Shown in pieces: positions 25,439 to 33,479 of a DNA stretch of 33,479 nucleotides. Source of the DNA: a virus (Duplodnaviria; Heunggongvirae; Uroviricota; Caudoviricetes). Each line of letters begins with the position of its first letter. The first letter of the stretch is position 1. The position numbers were made by a program, and so were the translations under genes. The DNA lies in IMG/VR virus record IMGVR_UViG_2531839128_000027, one strand, 5' to 3'. The notes under the pieces were generated by a model, which saw only the letters and a list, made by a program, of their open reading frames with translations, ran no database searches and was not told the origin of the DNA.

Positions 25439-26830
25439 ATGTCTGTTTCCACCCTCGAGTCAGAAAATGCGCAACCGGTTGCGCAGACTCAAAACAGCGA
25501 ACTGATTTACCGTCTTGAAGATCGTCCGCCGCTTCCTCAAACCCTGTTTGCCGCCTGTCAGCATCTGCTGGCGATGTTCGTTGCGGTGATCACGCCAGCG
25601 CTATTAATCTGCCAGGCGCTGGGTTTACCGGCACAAGACACGCAACACATTATTAGTATGTCGCTGTTTGCCTCCGGTGTGGCATCGATTATTCAAATTA
25701 AGGCCTGGGGTCCGGTTGGCTCCGGGCTGTTGTCTATTCAGGGCACCAGCTTCAACTTTGTTGCCCCGCTGATTATGGGCGGTACCGCGCTGAAAACCGG
25801 TGGTGCTGATGTTCCTACCATGATGGCGGCTTTGTTCGGCACGTTGATGCTGGCAAGTTGCACCGAGATGGTGATCTCCCGCGTTCTGCATCTGGCGCGC
25901 CGCATTATTACGCCGCTGGTTTCTGGCGTTGTGGTGATGATTATCGGCCTGTCGCTAATTCAGGTTGGGTTAACGTCCATTGGCGGCGGTTACGCAGCCA
26001 TGAGCGATAACACCTTCGGCGCACCGAAAAATCTGCTGCTGGCAGGCGTGGTCTTAGCCTTAATTATCCTGCTTAACCGTCAACGTAACCCTTACTTACG
26101 CGTGGCCTCACTGGTGATTGCGATGGCGGCCGGATATGCGCTGGCGTGGTTTATGGGCATGTTGCCAGAAAGCAACGAACCGATGACGCAAGAACTGATT
26201 ATGGTGCCAACGCCGCTCTATTACGGTCTTGGCATTGAATGGAGTCTGCTGCTGCCGCTGATGCTGGTCTTTATGATCACTTCGCTGGAAACCATTGGCG
26301 ATATCACGGCGACCTCTGACGTTTCCGAACAGCCAGTGTCCGGTCCGCTGTACATGAAACGCCTGAAAGGTGGCGTGCTGGCAAACGGCCTGAACTCGTT
26401 TGTTTCGGCGGTGTTTAACACCTTCCCGAACTCCTGCTTCGGGCAAAACAACGGAGTGATCCAGTTGACTGGTGTTGCCAGCCGCTATGTCGGTTTTGTC
26501 GTCGCGCTGATGTTGATCGTGCTGGGTCTGTTCCCGGCAGTGAGCGGTTTTGTACAACACATTCCAGAACCGGTTCTGGGCGGCGCAACGCTTGTAATGT
26601 TTGGCACCATCGCCGCCTCCGGTGTGCGTATCGTTTCTCGTGAGCCGCTGAACCGTCGGGCGATTCTGATTATCGCGCTGTCGCTGGCGGTTGGTCTGGG
26701 CGTGTCTCAGCAGCCGCTGATTTTGCAGTTTGCCCCTGAATGGCTGAAAAACCTGCTCTCCTCCGGGATCGCCGCGGGCGGTATTACTGCCATCGTGCTG
26801 AATCTGATTTTCCCACCAGAAAAACAGTAA
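25439..26830 (+). CDS. xanP: xanthine permease XanP (NCS2/NAT family)
   Basis: The track ORF starts at TTG 25430; the conserved 463-aa protein starts [16 protein letters not shown] at ATG 25439. Polytopic NAT-family transporter. Confidence 0.94.
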
Positions 26831-26837
26831 TTCACTG

Positions 26838-26862
26838 GCGGCGGTAAGATAATTACCGCCGC
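26838..26862 (+). terminator. hairpin downstream of xanP (candidate terminator)
   Basis: Stem GCGGCGGTAA (26838..26847), 5-nt loop, stem TTACCGCCGC (26853..26862). The trailing U-tract is weak. Confidence 0.45.
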
Positions 26863-26950
26863 AGTCTCACCTCTTTCACCATTCCCGCCTTGAGGATTGC
26901 GCGTAAATCGTGCATAACTCCCTTATGTGCATTTCACGGGATGGAAGACC

Positions 26951-28660
26951 ATGAAATTTATTGGGAAGCTGCTTCTCTACATTCTCATCGCTCTGTTAGT
27001 GGTGATCGCTGGCCTCTATTTTCTTCTGCAAACCCGCTGGGGAGCAGAACATATCAGCGCATGGGTTTCCGAGAATAGCGACTATCATCTGGCCTTCGGG
27101 GCGATGGATCACCGTTTTTCCGCGCCATCTCATATCGTGCTGGAGAACGTCACGTTTGGCCGTGATGGCCAGCCCGCGACCCTGGTGGCAAAAAGTGTCG
27201 ACATTGCGCTAAGCAGTCGGCAACTGACCGAACCACGCCATGTCGATACCATCCTGCTGGAAAACGGGACGCTGAATCTCACCGACCAGACCGCGCCGCT
27301 ACCGTTCAAAGCCGATCGTCTGCAACTGCGTGATATGGCGTTTAATAGCCCGAATAGCGAATGGAAACTGAGCGCGCAGCGGGTAAATGGCGGCGTAGTT
27401 CCGTGGTCACCAAAAGCCGGTAAAGTGCTGGGTACGAAGGCGCAGATTCAGTTTAGTGCCGGATCGCTTTCGCTCAATGATGTTCCTGCCACCAATGTAC
27501 TGATTGAAGGCAGTATTGATAACGATCGCGTTACGCTGACTAACCTGGGTGCCGACATCGCCCGCGGGACATTAACCGGAAACGCGCAGCGTAACGCCGA
27601 CGGCAGCTGGCAAGTGGAAAACCTGCGCATGGCGGATATACGTCTACAAAGCGAAAAATCGCTAACCGACTTCTTTGCGCCATTACGCTCTGTCCCGTCG
27701 TTGCAGATTGGTCGCCTGGAAGTGATCGATGCTCGTTTGCAAGGTCCGGACTGGGCGGTGACCGACCTCGATCTCAGCTTGCGCAACATGACCTTCAGTA
27801 AAGATGACTGGCAGACACAGGAAGGCAAACTGTCGATGAACGCTAGCGAGTTCATTTATGGTTCGCTGCATTTATTTGACCCGATTATAAACGCGGAATT
27901 TTCCCCGCAGGGCGTAGCGCTGCGCCAGTTCACCAGCCGCTGGGAAGGGGGTATGGTCAGAACGTCAGGGAACTGGCTGCGTGACGGGAAAACGTTGATC
28001 CTTGATGATGTGGCAATTGCCGGGCTGGAATATACCTTGCCGAAAAACTGGCAACAGTTGTGGATGGAAACGACACCCGGTTGGTTAAACAGCCTGCAAC
28101 TGAAGAGATTTAGCGCCAGCCGCAATCTGATCATTGATATCGACCCTGACTTCCCGTGGCAGCTCACCGCGCTCGATGGTTACGGTGCCAACCTGACGCT
28201 GGTTACCGATCATAAATGGGGCGTCTGGAGTGGCTCGGCGAATCTGAATGCCGCCGCCGCGACATTCAATCGTGTTGATGTTCGTCGCCCGTCGCTGGCG
28301 CTGACCGCCAACAGCAGCACGGTGAATATCAGCGAACTGAGTGCATTTACTGAAAAAGGCATTCTGGAAGCCACCGCCAGTGTTTCACAAACGCCACAAC
28401 GTCAGACACATATCAGCCTGAATGGACGCGGTGTGCCGGTGAATATTTTGCAACAGTGGGGATGGCCTAAATTACCGTTGACTGGCGACGGCAATATTCA
28501 GCTTACCGCCAGTGGCGATATTCAGGCCAATGTCCCGTTGAAACCTACGGTTAGCGGGCAATTGCATGCCGTGAACGCCGCAAAGCAGCAAGTGACTCAA
28601 ACCATGAATGCTGGCATCGTTTCCAGCGGTGAAGTTACATCGACGGAGCCGGTGCGGTAA
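26951..28660 (+). CDS. yicH: AsmA-family protein YicH
   Basis: The track ORF starts at 26927; the conserved 569-aa protein starts MKFIGKLLLYILIALLVVIAGLYFLLQTRWG at ATG 26951, with an N-terminal TM anchor typical of the AsmA family. Confidence 0.92.
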   Translation: MKFIGKLLLYILIALLVVIAGLYFLLQTRWGAEHISAWVSENSDYHLAFGAMDHRFSAPSHIVLENVTFGRDGQPATLVAKSVDIALSSRQLTEPRHVDTILLENGTLNLTDQTAPLPFKADRLQLRDMAFNSPNSEWKLSAQRVNGGVVPWSPKAGKVLGTKAQIQFSAGSLSLNDVPATNVLIEGSIDNDRVTLTNLGADIARGTLTGNAQRNADGSWQVENLRMADIRLQSEKSLTDFFAPLRSVPSLQIGRLEVIDARLQGPDWAVTDLDLSLRNMTFSKDDWQTQEGKLSMNASEFIYGSLHLFDPIINAEFSPQGVALRQFTSRWEGGMVRTSGNWLRDGKTLILDDVAIAGLEYTLPKNWQQLWMETTPGWLNSLQLKRFSASRNLIIDIDPDFPWQLTALDGYGANLTLVTDHKWGVWSGSANLNAAAATFNRVDVRRPSLALTANSSTVNISELSAFTEKGILEATASVSQTPQRQTHISLNGRGVPVNILQQWGWPKLPLTGDGNIQLTASGDIQANVPLKPTVSGQLHAVNAAKQQVTQTMNAGIVSSGEVTSTEPVR

Positions 28661-28671
28661 ACATCAATCTC

Positions 28672-28698
28672 GCCGGGTACGACTCAGACGTACCCGGC
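28672..28698. terminator. GC-rich hairpin between convergent yicH and yicI
   Basis: Stem GCCGGGTACG (28672..28681), loop ACTCAGA, stem CGTACCCGGC (28689..28698). U-tracts are weak on both sides. Confidence 0.5.
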
Positions 28699-28712
28699 AT
28701 TCCATCAATAGA

Positions 28713-31031
28713 TTACAACGTAATTGTCAGCGCATTCCCTTGAGGCTTCACCACCAGCCCCTGCTCACTTTCAGCCTGCGAACCGTCTTGCAGACCATTT
28801 ACTTTCACAACATTGCGCAGGCACAGCGTCCAGTTCTTCGCCTCGCCCGCACCAGTCACAGTAATCGTGTTGCCAGTACGTGCTGCTTTTAAAGTAAAGA
28901 TCACCGATCCGTCAGTAGCGGGCACTTCACAGACGGCTTCATGCCCGTCTTGCAGATTAAAGAGGTGGAATGCCGTGCCTTCGTGCCACACGTAATCGGG
29001 ACGTTGATCGTTGTTGCCCAGCGCCAGTAGGGTGTTATCACGCACATAAATGGGCAGACTCAGGAAGCTGTGCTGCTGTTTATGCCAGCGACTACCGTCG
29101 AGCTCATCGTTGTGCCACAGGTGTGTCCAGCGACCTTCCGGCAGGTAGAACTGCACATCGCCCGCTTCAGTGAACACCGGCGCAACCATCACGTTGTCGC
29201 CTAACATGTATTGACGGTCAAGGTAATCACAAGCCGGATCGTCCGGGAACTCCATCATCATGGCCCGCATCATCGGCGTACCCCGCGCGTTCGCACGCGC
29301 AGCTTCACGATACAGATACGGCATCATGCGGCATTTCAGTTGCGTGAAGAAGCGCACCACATCACAGGACTCATCATCGTAGGCCCACGGCACACGATAA
29401 GATTTGCTACCGTGTAAACGGCTATGGCTGGAGAGCAAACCAAACGCGCACCAGCGTTTGTAAACGTGCGCCGGAGCGGTATTTTCAAAGCCGCCGATAT
29501 CGTGGCTCCAGAAGCCAAAACCTGAAAGGCCAATAGACAAACCACCGCGCAGGCTTTCCGCCATTGATTCGTAGTTAGCGTAACAATCGCCACCCCAGTG
29601 TACCGGGAATTTCTGCGCACCGACGGAGGCCGAGCGGGCAAACAAGACAGCTTCTTCCTCACCAACGGTGTCCTTGAGCACGTTCCACACCAGTTCGTTG
29701 TAGATGTACGCATAATGGTTATGCATTTTCTGCGGATCGGAACCGTCAAACCACTGAACATCAGTTGGGATACGTTCGCCAAAGTCGGTCTTAAAGCAAT
29801 CAACGCCCATCGCGACCAGACCTTTCAGTTTGTCGGCGTACCATTTGCAGGCATCCGGATTGGTAAAGTCATAAATCGCCAGACCTGGCTGCCATTTATC
29901 CCACTGCCATAGCGAACCGTCCGGGCGTTTGAGTAAATAGCCTTTCTCTTGTAACTCTTTAAAGACGGGGGATTTTTGACCGATATAGGGGTTAATCCAG
30001 ACGCAGATTTTCAGTCCTTTCGCTTTCAGGCGGCGGATCATCCCTTCCGGGTCAGGGAAAGTCAGCGGGTCCCACTCAAAATCGCACCACTGGAAGGCTT
30101 TCATCCAGAAACAGTCAAAGTGGAAAACATGCAGCGGCAGATTGCGTTCCGCCATACCATCGATAAAGCTGTTTACCGTCGCTTCGTCGTAGTTGGTGGT
30201 AAATGAAGTGGTTAGCCACAGGCCGAAGGACCACGCGGGCGGCAGCGCCGGACGACCAGTAAAGCGGGTATAACGATCAAGTACCGCTTTCGGCGTCGGG
30301 CCGTCGATAACAAAGTATTCGAGATATTCACTCTCAACGCTGAACTGCACTTTGGAGACTTTCTCCGATCCCACTTCAAAAGAGACACACTGGGGATGAT
30401 TGACCAGTACCCCATAACCACGGTTAGTCATGTAGAACGGGATATTTTTATACGCCTGTTCAGTACTTGTGCCGCCGTCCCGGTTCCAGGTCTCTACCGT
30501 CTGGCCATTGCGCACCAGGGCAGTAAAGCGCTCTCCCAGACCGTAAACTGTTTCGCCAACGCCAAGATCAAGCCGCTCAAACATATAATTGCGTTGATTA
30601 TTCGTGTCCTGCACGTAGCCATTATTTTTCACCTGACTACCGGTAATACGTTCGCCGTTGCGCAGAAAATCCAGTGACCAGAACTCACCTTTGCTGACAC
30701 GCGCGCTTAAGTTGCCACTTTTAAACTCAGCATAACGTTCTGTGTTTTCGATTGTGACCTTCACGTCCTGCAAAATATTGAGCGGATAATGAGGACCGTT
30801 ATTCAGCGCCCCCTGAAAATGCTCAATCCGCACACCGACAATACCTTCCTGTGGGGAGAAAAAGCGCAACGTAAATAAAGGAGTATCAAGCTGCCAGGTA
30901 CGTTCACGCACATCACGGGGGGCAGCATAGACCACCATTTCATTATCCTGCTGTTCAACCTCGAACACCTGAAGCGGGTGAATCAAATTGAGGCCAGGTT
31001 GAATCAACCAGTTTCCATCGCTAATTTTCAT
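28713..31031 (-). CDS. yicI: alpha-xylosidase YicI (glycoside hydrolase family 31)
   Basis: 772-aa [31 protein letters not shown]...; GH31 character (WINPYI, catalytic region around KTDFGE). It sits 9 nt downstream of yicJ. Confidence 0.95.
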
Positions 31032-31040
31032 TGCCGTTCC

Positions 31041-32423
31041 TTAGTTCTGCACTTCTTGAGAGGTGAATTGTTGCTGGCAACGGCGTTTACCCTGAGCCAG
31101 CTGTTCCATAACGGTTTTCAGATTGTGCGTCGTGAGTGAGTAGTAGCGTTTAGCGATAATCGCGCTCAGCAAATAACAGATCGCCGGAACAATCGTGAAT
31201 AGCGCAATAATGATGCTAATCGTGGCGCTGTTCTGCGCTTTTTCTGCCGCATCATATCCGCCATAAGCCAGCATCCAGCCGATAAGAGCGCCGCCGAAGG
31301 CCAACCCCAGTTTGAGCACAAACAGCGTGCCAGCAAAACTGATCCCGGTCAGGCGTTTACCATTGCACCACTCGCCGTAGTCGACGGTATCGGACATCAT
31401 TACCCACTGGATAGGTGTCACCAGTTGATGCAACACACCAATCACGAAGATGAAGACAAACATAGTGATGCTGGCCTGCATGGGAACAAAGAACATCGCG
31501 AGGCTAATCACTGCCAGCAGGGCGTTCGTCCACCAGAAGATAGTGACTTTACATTTCCAGTCGGTCAGAGGTTTTGCCAGTGCGGAACCAATCAGGTTAC
31601 CCACGCAATAAGTGGTGAGAAAAGCGACAAACACTTCCGGCGTGCCCAAAATCCATGTGACGTAATACATCATCGCCCCACCGCGTACGCACACCGCCAG
31701 GATATTGAAAATGGTTAGTAAACCGACAATCCGCCACTGGTCGTTTTGCCAGATATCACGTAAATCTTCCCGCATAGACGTTGTTGTAGGTGGTGCTTCA
31801 ACGCGTTCTTTAGTGGTGAAGAAACAAAATGCCAGCATCATGAATGCCACCACGGAAAGGACCGCGATACCGCCCTGGAAACCGAGTGGTTTATTATCAC
31901 CGCCAATTAAATTAACCAGTGGCATCATCAGAACAGTAGAAAGCATGCCTCCCGCGGTCGCCAGCACAAAACGCCAGGATTGCAGCGAGATACGCTGAGT
32001 CGGGTCATTGGTGATTACACCACCCAATGCGCAGTAAGGGATATTGACGACGGTATAAAGTAAGGTAAGTAGGGTGTAAGTAATTGCTGCATAGATCATT
32101 TTGCCGTTCATACTGAGATCTGGCGTGCTATAGGCCAGTACACAGACGATCCCGAATGGCAGTGCGCCAAACAGTACCCACGGACGAAATTTACCCCAGC
32201 GAGAGCGCGTTCGATCGGCCAACAACCCCATGCAAGGATCGGAAATCGCATCCAGTGCACGAGCGACCAAAAACATGGTTCCGACAAATCCGGCAGGAAT
32301 GCCAAAAATATCGGTATAAAAGAACATCATATATAACATTACGTTATCGAAAATAATGTGGCTGGCGGCGTCTCCCATGCCATAACCAATTTTCTCTTTA
32401 ACGGACAACACTTCACTCTTCAT
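31041..32423 (-). CDS. yicJ: GPH-family sugar:cation symporter YicJ (putative xyloside transporter)
   Basis: The track ORF is 479 aa; the conserved 460-aa protein starts MKSEVLSVKEKIGYGMGDAASH at ATG 32423..32421. Polytopic membrane protein, co-oriented with yicI. Confidence 0.92.
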   Translation of the reverse strand: MKSEVLSVKEKIGYGMGDAASHIIFDNVMLYMMFFYTDIFGIPAGFVGTMFLVARALDAISDPCMGLLADRTRSRWGKFRPWVLFGALPFGIVCVLAYSTPDLSMNGKMIYAAITYTLLTLLYTVVNIPYCALGGVITNDPTQRISLQSWRFVLATAGGMLSTVLMMPLVNLIGGDNKPLGFQGGIAVLSVVAFMMLAFCFFTTKERVEAPPTTTSMREDLRDIWQNDQWRIVGLLTIFNILAVCVRGGAMMYYVTWILGTPEVFVAFLTTYCVGNLIGSALAKPLTDWKCKVTIFWWTNALLAVISLAMFFVPMQASITMFVFIFVIGVLHQLVTPIQWVMMSDTVDYGEWCNGKRLTGISFAGTLFVLKLGLAFGGALIGWMLAYGGYDAAEKAQNSATISIIIALFTIVPAICYLLSAIIAKRYYSLTTHNLKTVMEQLAQGKRRCQQQFTSQEVQN

Positions 32424-32655
32424 CTGCTTTTCCTTGATGCTATAGGGGTGCTGAGACCGATAACGCATTTTGTAAACCATCCCTGTGAGAGCGAATATTC
32501 CGATATCTGGTTATTAATTTATGATTCTTGTTTTATGTGATCGTGGTAGCGTTAATTCCGCTCATATATCATTGTAAAATATGGGTTTTATATGAACTAT
32601 AATGCTTTCGTGATAATACGCTGCGTGTATTAGGCGGAAAAAACTGATCTGGGGG

Positions 32656-32684
32656 ATGTAGAAACTCAAGGAAGTAGCTATAAT
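32656..32684 (+). promoter_or_regulatory. candidate selC promoter (-10 TATAAT at 32679..32684, GC-rich discriminator)
   Basis: TATAAT lies 31 nt upstream of the mature tRNA 5-prime end and is followed by GCGCCCCGCCTCC, a GC-rich discriminator typical of stable-RNA promoters. The -35 (TGTAGA, 17-nt spacer) is a poor match. Confidence 0.4.
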
Positions 32685-32715
32685 GCGCCCCGCCTCCATG
32701 TAGCAATCGAGGCGC

Positions 32716-32810
32716 GGAAGATCGTCGTCTCCGGTGAGGCGGCTGGACTTCAAATCCAGTTGGGGCCGCCAGCGGTCCCGGGCAGGTTCGACTCCTGTGA
32801 TCTTCCGCCA
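32716..32810 (+). tRNA. selC: tRNA-Sec (selenocysteine, anticodon UCA)
   Basis: GGAAGATCGTCGTCTCCGGTGAGGCGGCTGGACTTCAAATCCAGTTGGGGCCGCCAGCGGTCCCGGGCAGGTTCGACTCCTGTGATCTTCCGCCA: 95 nt with the long extra arm, anticodon TCA and encoded CCA, matching E. coli selC. Confidence 0.97.
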
Positions 32811-33067
32811 AAATGCCTCTCCTGACGTTCTCCAACCCCTTGTAATACTGTCAATCCAGATATTTTCTACTGCTCAATATTCAATCGGCTTCAGGAATAC
32901 CTGGTCTAAGGTTTTGTGATGGACGATGAGCGGCTGAAGAATCCGCCTGTCGGTTCTTCTGTCCTCGAACGCATCCGCGATATTCACGCCAGTATGCGCC
33001 GTGTTTATTTGCAGGTGATTTGCCCCCCTGCTGACTCTCAGCCAACTGTATCGCCATTAAGGTGAAG

Positions 33068-33090
33068 GGTGATGCTGCCAACTTACTGAT
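33068..33090 (+). repeat. IS1 left terminal inverted repeat (IRL)
   Basis: GGTGATGCTGCCAACTTACTGAT matches the canonical IS1 end. Confidence 0.9.
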
Positions 33091-33122
33091 TTAGTGTATG
33101 ATGGTGTTTTTGAGGTGCTCCA

Positions 33123-33398
33123 GTGGCTTCTGTTTCTATCAGCTGTCCCTCCTGTTCAGCTACTGACGGGGTGGTGCGTAACGGCAAAAGCACCGCCGGA
33201 CATCAGCGCTATCTCTGCTCTCACTGCCGTAAAACATGGCAACTGCAGTTCACTTACACCGCTTCTCAACCCGGTACGCACCAGAAAATCATTGATATGG
33301 CCATGAATGGCGTTGGATGCCGGGCAACAGCCCGCATTATGGGCGTTGGCCTCAACACGATTTTACGTCACTTAAAAAACTCAGGCCGCAGTCGGTAA
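33123..33398 (+). CDS. insA: IS1 InsA (transposition inhibitor; N-terminal part of the InsAB-prime transposase)
   Basis: 91-aa [94 protein letters not shown], matching IS1 InsA with its zinc finger and HTH. Confidence 0.96.
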
Positions 33399-33479
33399 CC
33401 TCGCGCATACAGCCGGGCAGTGACGTCATCGTCTGCGCGGAAATGGACGAACAGTGGGGCTATGTCGGGGCTAAATCGC

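Larger units (their letters stand above)
33068..33479 (+). mobile_element. IS1 insertion sequence, left end plus insA; truncated by the window end
   Basis: The left terminal inverted repeat GGTGATGCTGCCAACTTACTGAT starts at 33068 and is followed by complete insA. IS1 is about 768 bp, so roughly 410 bp is present here. Confidence 0.95.

Noticed and set aside
28813-29417. Plus-strand ORFs of 60-68 aa inside yicI
   Set aside because: Antisense shadow ORFs within the GH31 coding region.
32562-32835. Minus-strand ORFs of 63 and 88 aa overlapping selC
   Set aside because: They overlap the tRNA-Sec gene and its promoter on the opposite strand. The 88-aa product is Pro/Arg-rich low complexity, so they are spurious.
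32811-33067. P4-type integrase or island attachment site immediately 3-prime of selC
   Set aside because: No integrase ORF lies within the window. The only mobile element seen is IS1; an island beyond the window end can be neither confirmed nor excluded.

Overview
This window is an Escherichia coli / Shigella-type chromosomal core segment, recognised from the ORF translations and gene order. It runs from the LPS core (waa) cluster through waaA-coaD, mutM, rpmBG, yicR, coaBC-dut-slmA, pyrE-rph, yicC, dinD, yicG, ligB, gmk-rpoZ-spoT-trmH-recG, gltS, xanP, yicH, yicI-yicJ to tRNA-Sec (selC), and ends in a truncated IS1. Almost all of it is ordinary, well-known housekeeping DNA. I found no CRISPR array, defence island or prophage. 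The one candidate for something undescribed is an intact 288-aa ORF wedged between recG and gltS that I cannot assign to any family and do not recall in the K-12 gene order. Three things mark the strain as non-K-12: a GT8 glycosyltransferase directly downstream of waaP (R1/R3/R4-type core, not K-12 or R2), an intact 238-aa rph, and an IS1 about 260 bp downstream of selC, a classic island integration hotspot. Regulatory sites read directly from the sequence include the ops element in the waaQ leader, a LexA box before dinD, the pyrE attenuator, and several hairpin terminators. All identifications rest on reading the sequence and recalled knowledge; no database search was run.
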